Assembly: GCA_964504985.1 (NCBI GenBank) | Contig: CAZDFU010000002.1 | Coordinates: forward strand, 11,782-75,781 | Direction: 5' to 3' | DNA: 64,000 nucleotides | Source: an uncultured Gammaproteobacteria bacterium | Lineage (GTDB): Bacteria > Patescibacteriota > Microgenomatia > Daviesbacterales > UBA10151 | Part shown: positions 8,140 through 18,900 of the stretch, piece by piece | Position numbering within the stretch: position 1 is the stretch's first letter | Layout of the letters: each line of letters starts with the position of its first letter | The notes under the pieces: generated by a model | Database searches by the model: none | What the model saw: the letters and a program-made list of their open reading frames with translations, nothing else | What the model was told of the DNA's origin: nothing | Position numbers and translations under genes: made by a program

Positions 8140-8991
8140 TTAATAGAGTTTGTTTATTCCCAAAATATCACCGTTTCCTAGATCTCTTTTTTTGGTTTCA
8201 CCCTCTGTTGCATAACCGTACATAGTTTCATCAATGCAACTGTTATATAGATCCCCCATACCCACACTATGACCAAGTTCATGGGTGGCAATATTATCAA
8301 AATCCATCTTCCCAGCTACCCCGCTGCTGTCAACTGACCAATCATAGCTTACATCATCATAAACCTGATCCCATTCCACCAGTTGTCTTTGCCAAACGGG
8401 CCCCCCAAAAATTCCCCAAATAATAGTCACTGCAATAGTATTTGAGTCTGCAACATCTGCAAAATAGACCTCATTTTGACCATCAGGTGAAACTGTATCA
8501 GCAACTAATTCTGCTGAGGTAGTAGCAGCCTGTCCTAATACATCAACGCCTAAATCATTTCCCACTACCCCATCTGTGGCATCTTCCCATTTGGATACTC
8601 CATTGCTTAATACAGCTGAAGCTGAGGCATAATCTATATTTCTCAAATTAGAAGGATTAAATACCCAAGGCTCAACAACCCTCCATTTTGCTCCACTGCT
8701 TAAATATGTATAACAGCTGCTAGATCCGCCTTTACCGCTGCCTGGTTTGGCTAAGTTTTGTTTAGGATGTACAATAGCCAAACCCTCAACCTGCTTACCG
8801 CTCACTGGGTCAATTGCATTACCCAAAGAGATCACATTAGAATGATTTGCAGAAGAAGGAAGCGTTAATGTTCTATTTGTACCAGGCGTGGAAAGTATAG
8901 CTGTCTGAAACGGAGTGGCTGCTAATGCTGAACTTACCAAAAACAGAAGGGAAGCACCTATTATAACACCACTCATCAATTTAACGGGCAT
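8140..8991 (-). CDS. Secreted zinc metalloprotease, metzincin-like (HELGHSVGMGD = HExxHxxGxxD, followed by a Met-turn ETMYGY); N-terminal signal peptide
   Basis: Hydrophobic N-terminus VIIGASLLFLVSSALAA; the HExxHxxGxxD motif with an Asp third ligand resembles snapalysin/matrixin-type zincins; inserted between rpsJ and rplC. Confidence 0.7.
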   Translation of the reverse strand: MPVKLMSGVIIGASLLFLVSSALAATPFQTAILSTPGTNRTLTLPSSANHSNVISLGNAIDPVSGKQVEGLAIVHPKQNLAKPGSGKGGSSSCYTYLSSGAKWRVVEPWVFNPSNLRNIDYASASAVLSNGVSKWEDATDGVVGNDLGVDVLGQAATTSAELVADTVSPDGQNEVYFADVADSNTIAVTIIWGIFGGPVWQRQLVEWDQVYDDVSYDWSVDSSGVAGKMDFDNIATHELGHSVGMGDLYNSCIDETMYGYATEGETKKRDLGNGDILGINKLY

Positions 8992-9059
8992 ATAAAATAT
9001 ATATCATAAATCTTTTCCAGGGTCAACCAAATGAAATTAAACAGATATGACACCACCTG

Positions 9060-9368
9060 TCACATCTTAACTTCAATGTCAACGCCTGCAGGGATTTCTA
9101 AATGCATTAAAGAATCAATTGTTTTTTGAGTAGGCTCAACAATGTCAACCATTCTTTTGTGTGTTTTTATTTCAAATGCTTCTCTGGAATCTTTATCTGT
9201 GTGTGGAGATCTTAAAACAGTAATTCTTTCTATTTTTGTGGGAAGGGGGATAGGACCAACAATTTTAGCACCGGTTCTTAAGGCTGTATCCAATAAGGAC
9301 TCACAGGTATTATCTAATACCCGGTGATCGTAACTTTTCAGTTTTACTCTGATCCGTCCTCTTGGCAT
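9060..9368 (-). CDS. rpsJ: 30S ribosomal protein S10 (uS10)
   Basis: [19 protein letters not shown]... canonical S10. Confidence 0.95.
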   Translation of the reverse strand: MPRGRIRVKLKSYDHRVLDNTCESLLDTALRTGAKIVGPIPLPTKIERITVLRSPHTDKDSREAFEIKTHKRMVDIVEPTQKTIDSLMHLEIPAGVDIEVKM

Positions 9369-9427
9369 ATTTATAATCCTTTAGGGATCTCAACCTTTTA
9401 ATGTGCATTATAAGCTACTTAAGTAAC

Positions 9428-10612
9428 TTAGGCTATTATTTTGGTAATAACACCTGCTCCAACTGTTTTACCACCTTCACGGACTGCAAACCTTAAACCT
9501 TCTTCCATAGCAACGGGGGTAATTAATTTTCCGACAATTTTAACAGTATCTCCAGGCATAGCCATTTCAACACCCTCAGGTAATTGCACTTCACCAGTCA
9601 CATCAGTGGTTCTGACATAAAACTGTGGCCTGTAGCCTTTGAAAAATGGGGTATGTCTTCCGCCTTCTTCTTTGGAAAGAATGTATACTTCTGCTTCAAA
9701 TTCAGAGTGAGGAGTTATAGAACCCGGCTTTGCTAAAACCTGACCACGCTCAACATCATCTTTCTCAATACCCCGGAGTAAAATTCCAGCATTATCTCCT
9801 GCCTGACCTTCATCCAATAATTTATGGAACATTTCAATTCCTGTAACCACGCTCTTTTTAGTAGGCCTTATTCCAACAATTTCAATTTCCTCATTAACTT
9901 TAACTTTACCTCTCTCAATTCTTCCAGTCACCACTGTTCCACGTCCTTTAATAGAAAATACATCTTCAACTGCCATCAGGAATGGCTTATCCACATCTCT
10001 TACCGGAGTTGGAATCCATTCATCAACTTTAGCCATAAGTTCTTCAATAGCTTTAACTGACTCCGGATCACCTTCCAAAGCTTTTTTAGCAGAACCCCGG
10101 ATTATTGGAGATTGTGAGTCATATTCATATTTTTTAAGCAAATCCCTGACTTCTTCTTCTACAAGATCCAAAAGCTCAGGATCATCCACCTGATCAACTT
10201 TATTAAGGAAAACTACAATAGCAGGAACACCTACCTGGCGGGCTAAAAGCAAATGTTCTCTGGTTTGCGGCATTGGACCATCCGGTGCAGAAACTACCAA
10301 AATTGCTCCATCTGTTTGAGCAGCACCGGTAATCATGTTTTTGATATAGTCTGCATGACCAGGCATGTCAATATGGGCATAGTGTCTTTTTTCTGTTTCA
10401 TATTCCTGATGGGAAATATTAATGGTAATACCGCGGGCTTTTTCTTCTGGAGCGTTGTCTATTTGGTCAACAGAGCGGGCCTCTGCCAGACCTTTATCAG
10501 ATAATACTTTGGTAATAGCAGCAGTTAGGGTTGTTTTACCGTGGTCAACATGACCCATGGTTCCAACATTAACATGCGGTTTTGATCTATCAAATTTTTT
10601 TGCGTCAGCCAT
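9428..10612 (-). CDS. tuf: Elongation factor Tu
   Basis: Start placed at [29 protein letters not shown]; G1-G4 motifs present; 394 aa. Confidence 0.95.
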   Translation of the reverse strand: MADAKKFDRSKPHVNVGTMGHVDHGKTTLTAAITKVLSDKGLAEARSVDQIDNAPEEKARGITINISHQEYETEKRHYAHIDMPGHADYIKNMITGAAQTDGAILVVSAPDGPMPQTREHLLLARQVGVPAIVVFLNKVDQVDDPELLDLVEEEVRDLLKKYEYDSQSPIIRGSAKKALEGDPESVKAIEELMAKVDEWIPTPVRDVDKPFLMAVEDVFSIKGRGTVVTGRIERGKVKVNEEIEIVGIRPTKKSVVTGIEMFHKLLDEGQAGDNAGILLRGIEKDDVERGQVLAKPGSITPHSEFEAEVYILSKEEGGRHTPFFKGYRPQFYVRTTDVTGEVQLPEGVEMAMPGDTVKIVGKLITPVAMEEGLRFAVREGGKTVGAGVITKIIA

Positions 10613-10718
10613 ATTTAAGTAATTAAACCAAAAAATACAGTCCCCTGTCAAGTTCATCCTGAGCCTGTCGAAGGACTGATACTAAAAATATACCTGATTT
10701 CTTCCTAAAATGCAAGGG

Positions 10719-11825
10719 TTAAATTAAGCTAGCGAAAGCACCTCTTAATTTATACCATACTCTTGTACTTAAACTTCCAACCGCTGTTCTCGGGTTAAAC
10801 CTTATATCTTCCTTCGTCAATTTTCTATCCATTAGCTGCCGGATGCATTCTTTAACATCTTTACCTCGAAGTAAATTGAATAATTCACTAACTATCGGTG
10901 CATCAATTCTTCGTTCTCTTGCAAAAGCATATGCTCCTGGTATAGTAGAGAAAGCTTCTATCTCTTTGTCTCTAGATATCTGTTCTATTGTTTTACCTTT
11001 AGCAAATTCTTCGCCAGCCCTTCTATTTCTGGTTCCTTCTTGTATGCAAGATAAATATAAGTCTCCAGTGCCAGCAAGCCCTCTAACAGTTTCCTCGCTT
11101 GCTGCTCCCATGGCTATTACTAACCTGGACATTTCTGCCAATGCCCTAGTATAAAATAATGCCTCGCTGTTTCCAGCTACACCTAATCCTCTAGCAACTC
11201 CAATTCCAAAAGCATAGACATTTTTTAATGCTCCACATGCTTCCACCCCAACAGGATCATCTGATGCATAAATCCTCAGAAAAGAAGCACTAAATGACCG
11301 TTGCAGTTGTTCAATAAGAAAAGGGTTATAGGCAGCAATTACAGTCCCTGTTACCTTTCTTTTAACAAGCTCTTCCGCTTTATTTGGACCTGACCAAATA
11401 GCTATTCTATCTACCAAATCAGGGCTTGGATACCTTTTTAATATAAAAGTGGAAATTGTTGAGTTAACTTCTTTAATTAACCCTTTTGTCCCTATAACAA
11501 GGTTACTGTTACTGCTTAAAAGAGGCCTTTCTCCACCAAGCATCTGTTCTAGGACTAGATGAACTACCCTTGATGGAACAGCTACAATAACTATATCTTT
11601 ACCTGCTACTGCCTCTTCTAAATTATCAGTCGCTCTAATATCTTTTGATAATTTTATACCACCCAACCTTTTACTTACTCTGGTTCTCTGAAATTCTCTT
11701 AAGGCATCAGGATCAGGAAAGAAAGCTGTTGTGTCATGGCCTAAGCCTGCTGATATATCAGCAACAGCACTACCTAAAGCTCCAGCACTCACCACACCTA
11801 CACTTATTAAATGTTCTTTGAACAT
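10719..11825 (-). CDS. gpsA: NAD(P)H-dependent glycerol-3-phosphate dehydrogenase
   Basis: N-terminal Rossmann segment ISVGVVSAGALGSAVA; GDLYLSC...NRRAG segment typical of GpsA; ~368 aa. Confidence 0.8.
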   Translation of the reverse strand: MFKEHLISVGVVSAGALGSAVADISAGLGHDTTAFFPDPDALREFQRTRVSKRLGGIKLSKDIRATDNLEEAVAGKDIVIVAVPSRVVHLVLEQMLGGERPLLSSNSNLVIGTKGLIKEVNSTISTFILKRYPSPDLVDRIAIWSGPNKAEELVKRKVTGTVIAAYNPFLIEQLQRSFSASFLRIYASDDPVGVEACGALKNVYAFGIGVARGLGVAGNSEALFYTRALAEMSRLVIAMGAASEETVRGLAGTGDLYLSCIQEGTRNRRAGEEFAKGKTIEQISRDKEIEAFSTIPGAYAFARERRIDAPIVSELFNLLRGKDVKECIRQLMDRKLTKEDIRFNPRTAVGSLSTRVWYKLRGAFASLI

Positions 11826-11829
11826 GAAA

Positions 11830-13974
11830 TTAATGTTCTACTCTGCCTGTGAAGCCTGAGGATTCAATGATCTTTTGGGTGATGTTAGAAGGCACTGTTT
11901 CATAATGATCTGCCTCCATATAGTATGTTGCCCTGCCTTGAGACATACTTCTTATGGCTGTAGCATAACCATGCATTTCTGCCAAAGGTACTAATGCGAC
12001 TACTACTCTGGCAGTTCCTCTTGTTTCAGATGATAAAATTTGAGCTCTTTTTGCAGACAAGTCACCAATAATTTCTCCTAAAAATTCATCAGGAGTGGTT
12101 ACTTCTACCTTCATAATAGGCTCAAGTAAGATCAAGTCAGCTTTTTTGGCTGCCTCAGAGAGCCCTAATGAGGCAGCAATCTTAAATGCCACCTCTGATG
12201 AGTCAACATCATGAAAAGACCCATCATAAACCACCACTTTAATATCAGTCACAGGGTATCCTGCTAAAATACCTGTATCCTCTTTTTCGGTTACTCCTTT
12301 TTCAATAGGAGGAATAAACTCCCTTGGGATAGCTCCGCCCACAATTTCTGAGGCAAATTCCCTGCCGCTGCCTCTTGGGAGTGGTTCAATTCTTAGCAGA
12401 CAATGACCATATTGGCCACGGCCTCCTGTTTGGCGGATATATTTACCCTCACCCTCAGCTATTTTTGTAATGGTTTCTTTATAGGCAACCTGGGGCTGAC
12501 CAACATTGGCTTCAACTTTAAATTCTCTTTTCATTCTGTCAACCAGAACCTCCAACTGAAGCTCTCCCATGCCAGCAATTATTGTTTGTCCTGTTTCAGC
12601 ATCAGATTTTACTCTAAAAGTGGGGTCTTCCTCAGATAAACGGTTTAAAGCATAGCCTAATTTTTCCTGATCACTCTTTGTTTTTGGTTCTATTGCCAAA
12701 GAAATAACCGGTTCGGGGAATGAAATATTTTCCAAAATTATAGGAGCAGTCTCATCGCAAAGAGTATCTCCAGTTATAGTATCTTTAAGTCCCACTGCTG
12801 CTACAATTTCTCCTGCATATGCTTCCTCGATTTCTTCCCTATCGTTAGCGTGCATCAATAGAAGCCTTCCTACTCTTTCTTTTATTTGTTTTGTAGCATT
12901 ATAAACATATGAACCGCTTTTCAAAGTTCCTGAATAAACTCTGATATAGGTTAATTTACCAACATGAGGATCAACCTGAATTTTAAAAGCTAGAGCTGAT
13001 AAAGGCTGGGTGGAATCTGCTTTCCTTATCTCTTGTTCCTCAGTTCCTGGTTTAAACCCATAAACTTCAGAAATATCTTGCGGGGAGGGTAAATACTCCA
13101 CCACACAATCAAGCATTAACTGAACCCCTTTATTCCTTAAAGAAGACCCTGCTAAAACAGGTACAATTTTATTGTCTATAACTGCTTTCCTTAAAGCCTT
13201 TTTAAGCTCTTCTACTGAGATTTCTTCACCACCAAGATATTTTTCCATTAAGACATCGTCTGTTCCAGAAATTTCTTCCACCAGTTTTTCCCTGTGTTCT
13301 TCTACCTGGGAAACCATATCCGCAGGGATTTCTACCTCATTAAATTTTGCTCCTGTTTGATCACCCTCCCAAATAAAAGCTTTTTTTGTTAAAAGATCAA
13401 CAACACCTTTAAAATCATTTTCTTTACCAATAGGCAGGTTATAGGGCAGTGCATTTGCTCCCAATCTATCCCTGGCAGACTGAATCGTGCCTAGAAAATC
13501 TGCTCCCACCACATCCATTTTGTTGGAAAAAGCAATGAGCGGAACTTTGTATTTATTAGCCTGTCTCCAAACTGTTTCTGTCTGTGATTGAACACCAGAT
13601 GATGAATCCAAAACAATAACTCCACCATCCAAAACCCTCAAGGACCTTTCAACTTCTGCTGTAAAATCAACATGGCCCGGGGTATCAATTAAATTAATTC
13701 TTACTTCAGCATCCTTAAATAGAGCTTCATCCCTTTTGGCTACCCAAAAAGTGGTGATAGCAGCAGAAACAATAGTAATTCCTCTTTCTTTTTCCTGCTC
13801 CATCCAGTCAGTGGTAGTAGTGCCTTCATCAATATCTCCAATTTTATAGGTTCTGCCAGTATAAAATAGGATTCTCTCTGTAGTGGTAGTTTTACCTGCA
13901 TCAATATGGGCAATAATACCAATGTTTCTGATCCTATCTAATGGGAAATCTCTTTTTGTTTTTTGAACAGCCAT
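11830..13974 (-). CDS. fusA: Elongation factor G
   Basis: 714 aa; [20 protein letters not shown]-domain; EF-G domains II-V. Confidence 0.95.
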   Translation of the reverse strand: MAVQKTKRDFPLDRIRNIGIIAHIDAGKTTTTERILFYTGRTYKIGDIDEGTTTTDWMEQEKERGITIVSAAITTFWVAKRDEALFKDAEVRINLIDTPGHVDFTAEVERSLRVLDGGVIVLDSSSGVQSQTETVWRQANKYKVPLIAFSNKMDVVGADFLGTIQSARDRLGANALPYNLPIGKENDFKGVVDLLTKKAFIWEGDQTGAKFNEVEIPADMVSQVEEHREKLVEEISGTDDVLMEKYLGGEEISVEELKKALRKAVIDNKIVPVLAGSSLRNKGVQLMLDCVVEYLPSPQDISEVYGFKPGTEEQEIRKADSTQPLSALAFKIQVDPHVGKLTYIRVYSGTLKSGSYVYNATKQIKERVGRLLLMHANDREEIEEAYAGEIVAAVGLKDTITGDTLCDETAPIILENISFPEPVISLAIEPKTKSDQEKLGYALNRLSEEDPTFRVKSDAETGQTIIAGMGELQLEVLVDRMKREFKVEANVGQPQVAYKETITKIAEGEGKYIRQTGGRGQYGHCLLRIEPLPRGSGREFASEIVGGAIPREFIPPIEKGVTEKEDTGILAGYPVTDIKVVVYDGSFHDVDSSEVAFKIAASLGLSEAAKKADLILLEPIMKVEVTTPDEFLGEIIGDLSAKRAQILSSETRGTARVVVALVPLAEMHGYATAIRSMSQGRATYYMEADHYETVPSNITQKIIESSGFTGRVEH

Positions 13975-14033
13975 AACTGGGGTTAAGCGTCAAGGGGAAA
14001 GTTTTTCACTCTTTACCCTTTGCGGTTTCTGCT

Positions 14034-14255
14034 TTAGCCTTCCTCCAATTCTTTAATAATCTTTTTTACTTGATCAATCTGTACCCTGAAAGTTTCTGAA
14101 TCCTCAATAGCCATAGTATAGGCTGCGTTTTCAGACAGGTCACCTTCTTGGGCTGCAGCACCTTTTTTGTGTTGAGTTTCTACAAGCTGATCCTCAAGTT
14201 TTTTGAGGTTCTCTTTCCACATCTTAAGTTTTTCTTGCTTTAATTTATCATCCAT
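14034..14255 (-). CDS. Gre-factor N-terminal coiled-coil domain protein (GreA/GreB NTD only, 73 aa)
   Basis: Contains the Gre signature EGDLSENAAY within a predicted coiled coil; no C-terminal FKBP-like domain is encoded in the 60 nt before the fusA start. Confidence 0.6.
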   Translation of the reverse strand: MDDKLKQEKLKMWKENLKKLEDQLVETQHKKGAAAQEGDLSENAAYTMAIEDSETFRVQIDQVKKIIKELEEG

Positions 14256-14284
14256 AATTTTATTTTAGATTGTTACTTACTAAC

Positions 14285-14309
14285 AAAAAACCTCCCTCAA
14301 ACTGGGAGG
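14285..14309 (-). terminator. Rho-independent terminator (CCTCCC-N7-GGGAGG followed by U6 on minus-strand RNA)
   Basis: Plus strand aaaaaaCCTCCCtcaaactGGGAGG; downstream of ORF 14362-14580. Confidence 0.6.
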
Positions 14310-14361
14310 CAACAAGTAAATACTAATGAATTTGATCCTAAAAGTCAACAACAGATCAGTC

Positions 14362-14580
14362 TTAGGCAGCTGGAGGAAGGGGATCAGAATCTGGTGGGTT
14401 TGAATTACGATTTATATTAATAGGCGGTCTAAGTCTAGTTAAAACCTCCTGTGTTGAGCGAGGCATACGTGCAAGTGCTTCAATTGCTTCAGGCTTTCTT
14501 GTGATATCTAACACTCTGAATGTTCCAATAGAGATTATTTTTCTTCCTTCCCCACATCCATTTGATTCAACTGAACGCAT
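14362..14580 (-). CDS. Hypothetical protein (72 aa), possibly a gene remnant
   Basis: ORF with no recognisable motif; lies in a decayed 1-kb spacer between rpsG and fusA. Confidence 0.25.
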   Translation of the reverse strand: MRSVESNGCGEGRKIISIGTFRVLDITRKPEAIEALARMPRSTQEVLTRLRPPININRNSNPPDSDPLPPAA

Positions 14581-14659
14581 AAGTTTATCTTAACAGATAA
14601 CTTTTTCTTTTCAAGATAGAATCTTTTTATAAAAGATAGCTCGATCACCATACTGATTT

Positions 14660-14750
14660 AGGCCCTTTTTAATCTCTTTATAAACTTCCGCGGACTCTTG
14701 CAATTGCAAAGCAATTGGGTGTATTGTCCGGGGTTTTCTGCTAGTGATAA
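14660..14750 (+). repeat. Partial duplicate of the nadK 3' end plus downstream spacer (taatct..ataaacttccgcgga ... cggGgttttctgctagtgat) with a 35-nt insert carrying the palindrome TTGCAATTGCAA
   Basis: DNA-level match to 54795-54841 (15-nt and 18-nt identical blocks in the same order and orientation); the plus-strand frame reads ..INFRG.. like the NadK C-terminus. Confidence 0.6.
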
Positions 14751-14999
14751 TAATCCAATCCATATTGAGTAGCTCTGTTTGAATAGCTCTGTGGCCAATG
14801 ATTAATACATTAATATCACGATCGTAGTATTTTTGTCACAACTCATCCAAAAAATTTTTCCTCCTTTTTGCGTTGCTGGTATTTTATTTCTTTCTTAGAT
14901 CTTTTAAGTAAATCGGACCAACATTTTTTACTGCAATAAAACCCGGATCCTTTCCACATCTCAATTATTGACGGATGAAAACCGGATATTAATATTGAC

Positions 15000-15476
15000 T
15001 CACCAGCGGAAATGACTAAATGCGCGGTTGGCAGCTGCAACCTTTTGAGTATCCTCTTTTTTCTTAATGGCTAAACCAGTACTATTGGCAGCATCCTGCA
15101 GTTCTGCTGCTAATTTAGCTGCAAATGAATGAAACTGTTTATTTGATTTGGACTTTGCTCCAGCTATTATCCACCTGATTGCCAAAGCTTCTTTCCTGTC
15201 TCCCCTTACCTCAATTGGTACCTGGTATGATGCCCCACCCACTCTTCTGGGCTTTACTTCCATTTTTGGGGAAACATTTTGAATAGCTTTCTCAAAAATA
15301 GCCACAGGATCTTGCTTTGTCTGCTCTTTGATAGAATCCAGTGCCTGATAAACCACCTTTTGGGCAGTAGATTTTTTACCATCCGCTGTAATCTTATTTA
15401 TAAAACGGGTTACCAATTTCGACCCAAAAATAGGGTCTGGTTGTAATATCCGCTTGGTGACTTTTCCACTTCTCAT
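15000..15476 (-). CDS. rpsG: 30S ribosomal protein S7 (uS7)
   Basis: 158 aa, ends ...SHFRW; canonical S7. Confidence 0.95.
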   Translation of the reverse strand: MRSGKVTKRILQPDPIFGSKLVTRFINKITADGKKSTAQKVVYQALDSIKEQTKQDPVAIFEKAIQNVSPKMEVKPRRVGGASYQVPIEVRGDRKEALAIRWIIAGAKSKSNKQFHSFAAKLAAELQDAANSTGLAIKKKEDTQKVAAANRAFSHFRW

Positions 15477-15490
15477 AACTCAATACTCTT

Positions 15491-15949
15491 TCACGCTGGA
15501 GCAGGCTGAGCAACTGCAGCTCTTGGAGCAACTGCGCCTCTCCCGCCTTTCTTGGTGCCGTATTTAGACCTGCCCTTTTTTCTATTAACAACTCCTGCCA
15601 AATCAAGCTTACCTCTTACTAAATGATATTTAACACCTGGAAGATCTTTAACCCTTCCTCCCCTGACTAAAACTATTCCATGTTCTGCTAACGCGTGACC
15701 CTCACCCTGGATGTAAGCTGTCACCTCTGTCCTGTTGGATAATCTGACCCTAGCTACTTTTCTTAAGGCAGAATTTGGCTTTTTAGGAGTCATTGTTTTC
15801 ACCAAAGTCACTACACCCCTTTTTTGAGGGCTAAAATCAGCTGTGTAACGCCTATCTTTAGCATTAAACCCACGCCTTAGAGCCGTTGCTTTAATCTTTT
15901 TTGCGACCTTTTTCCGGCCTTTTCTCACTAATTGATTAATTGTTGGCAT
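15491..15949 (-). CDS. rpsL: 30S ribosomal protein S12 (uS12) with ~25-aa C-terminal extension
   Basis: [14 protein letters not shown]...; PNSALRKV segment; extension [20 protein letters not shown]. Confidence 0.93.
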   Translation of the reverse strand: MPTINQLVRKGRKKVAKKIKATALRRGFNAKDRRYTADFSPQKRGVVTLVKTMTPKKPNSALRKVARVRLSNRTEVTAYIQGEGHALAEHGIVLVRGGRVKDLPGVKYHLVRGKLDLAGVVNRKKGRSKYGTKKGGRGAVAPRAAVAQPAPA

Positions 15950-15963
15950 ATGTTATCTGGTGT

Positions 15964-18900
15964 TTAATTATCAACTTTAGCCCTTTCGGAGCTAGTTGGT
16001 ATTAAACGCCCTATTATAACATTTTCCTTAAGCCCTATCAGCTTATCAAGCTTACCAGATATGGCAGCTTCAGCCAGCACGGAAGTTGTTTCCTGGAAGG
16101 ATGCAGATGATAAGAAACTCTCGGTTTGCAAAGAAGCCCGGGTAATACCTAAAATTACCACCTCAGCAGTTGCAGGCTCTCCGCCCTCTACCAGAACCCT
16201 TTTATTTTCGTCTTCAAACCGCAGCTTATCAATAATCTCACCAGGTAATAAGTTAGTATCACCTTGTGACTCAACTTTAACCTTATCAGACATCTTTCTG
16301 ACAATTACCTCAAAATGTTTCTCGTTTATTGGAACACCCTGGGATTCATAAACAGAACGTACCTCATCAACTATATATCTTTGAGCTGCCCTTAAACCCT
16401 GAATCCGTAATGTTTCTTTTACGTCTATATGCCCTGTTGCCAAAACAGTCCCTGCATCTATTAATTGTCCTTCCTCAACTGACAAAGCAGAGGTTGCAGG
16501 AACAATATATTCTCTTTCCTCATGGGGTTTTTGGGTTGTCCTGACCCTTACCCTTGTTCCCAGTTCTGTCTCAATTATGGAAACTTTACCTGCAATTTCA
16601 GACATTGGGGCCACAATCTTGGGAGTTCTAGCCTCATATAATTCTTCAACTCTTGGTAAACCCTGGGTAATATCCAAACCTACAATTCCTCCGGTGTGGA
16701 AAGTACGCATGGTTAGTTGTGTCCCAGGCTCACCTATAGCCTGGGCAGCTACTACTCCAACAGGCGTCCCGATTGCTACCAGTTCTCTGGTTGTTAAATC
16801 AGCTCCATAGCAGCTCTTACAAATCCCATATTTTGCCTCGCAAGTTAAAGGAGAACGGGCTAAAACCTTAGTTACTAAAGCTTGGAGTATCTTAAGAATA
16901 ATCTCTTCTGTTAGAAGAGTTCCTGCTTTAACTATAACTTTACGGCTGCCTGGCTCATTAATATTTTCCGAAAGTATGCGCCCTAATAACTTTTCTCTGG
17001 CATTACTAAAAGCGTTTTTCGATATTTCATATTCTAAGCTGGCAGTAGTCCCGCAGTCATCCATCCTAACAATCACATCATGTGCTACATCTACCAACCT
17101 TCTGGTCAAATACCCTGCATCTGCAGTTTTCAAGGCTTTATCAGCTACTCCTTTTCTGGCACCTCTGGCTGATGTAAAGTACTCAAAAACAGAAAGACCT
17201 TGTCTGTAATTTGATTTGGTTGGGAGTTCCACAATCTTTCCTGTTGGATCAGTTGATAAACCTCTCATAGCAGAAAGCTGCTTTGCCTGATCACGGGACC
17301 CTCTTGCACCAGCCTCCACCATCATTCTAATAGGATTATCTGTTTCCAGATAATCCCAGGTGGCTGAGGCTAAATCTTCTGTTATTTTGATCCAAACCAT
17401 TTGAGAAAGTTGTGATTTTTCCTGCGGAGTAATCAACCCCTTTGCCACGTTTCCTTCAATCTTAGCAATCTCTGCCTCTGCCTCATCCAGATATTTCTGT
17501 TTATCAGGCACAATTTTAGCATCAAAGATGGAAATAGATACTCCAGCAATAGTTGCTCCCCAAAATCCTATTGACTTGATATTATCAATAAGACCGGCGA
17601 CAGCTTCCTTATCCAAAACCTGGGTAGCTTTAAGGATGATATCACGAATAGTAATTCCTTTAATAACTGAGTTTAGAAATCTCATATGGGGAGGGAGAGC
17701 CTCATTGAATAAAATCCTTCCAACTGATGTCTCAATAACTTCCTTATCAATTCTGACTTTAACTTTCTCTCTAACAGAAACTTTTCCTATTTGGTAAGCC
17801 CTAATTGCATCTTCCCCGCTAAGAAAAAACTTGGCATCTTCCCCTTCTTTTGGATTATCAAGCATGGTAATGTAGTAACAACCCAAGGCCATTTCCCTGT
17901 TTGGAACAGTTATTGGCTGAGCATTAGCCGGGCCAAAGATATTTTCCTTTGCCATCATCAAATCCTTTGCTTCTTCCTGGGCTTTAGCTGATAAGGGCAC
18001 ATGAACTGCCATTTGATCCCCGTCAAAATCAGCATTAAAACCAGCACAAATACAAGGATGGATCTGAATTGCATTACCATCAACTAAAACAGGGAAAAAC
18101 GCCTGGATACCTAATCTGTGCAGGGTAGGAGCACGGTTTATTAAGATTGGATGGCCGTCAATAATTTCTTCTAAAATATCCCAAACCTCTGGTGGTCTTC
18201 CCTCTAAAACATTCTTTGCGCCTTTGACATTTGAGGACAGCCCTCTTGCTATCATTTCCCTTAAAACAAAAGGCTTAAACATCTCCAAAGCCATTTCCTT
18301 GGGTAAACCTACTTGATCAAGCCTCAGTTTAGGACCCACTACAATTACAGACCTTCCTGAATAATCAACACGCTTACCGAGTAAGTTTTGTCTAAACCTG
18401 CCTTGTTTTCCCCGCAACATATCAGAAAGGGATCTTAAGACATGTGATGTAACAGGACCTCCTCTTCTGGAGGTTCTGGAAGATGCATCAATCAAGCTAT
18501 CAACTGCTTCCTGAAGCATTCTTTTTTCGTTACGCAAAATTATTTCAGGAGCACCCAAGTTTATCAATCTATTCAAACGGTTATTTCTATTTATAACCCT
18601 TCTATATAAATCGTTTAAATCCGAGGTGGCAAAACGGCCTCCTGGGAGTTGTACCATTGGACGAAGGTCAGGAGGTAAAACTGGTAAAACCCTCAAAACC
18701 AGCCAATCTGATGAGATACCTGAACCGCGCATTCCCTCGACTACCCTCAATCTTTTGGTGGCCTTGATATGTTTTTGGCCTGTGGATTTTCTAACTTCTT
18801 CCCTAAGAGATGCTGATAATTTATCTAAATCCAGTTTTTGTAATACTTCAAGAATACTTTCTGCTCCCATTCCTAAAGCGACAAAGCCGGAAACCCCATA

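Noticed and set aside
10613-10657. ORF-track N-terminal extension of tuf ([16 protein letters not shown]...)
   Set aside because: EF-Tu universally begins near M-A-K-x-K-F; the extension is non-conserved hydrophobic read-through.
14843-15040. 65-aa minus-strand ORF overlapping the rpsG 3' end
   Set aside because: It overlaps the rpsG coding region in another frame and extends into the decayed spacer; no homology or signals.
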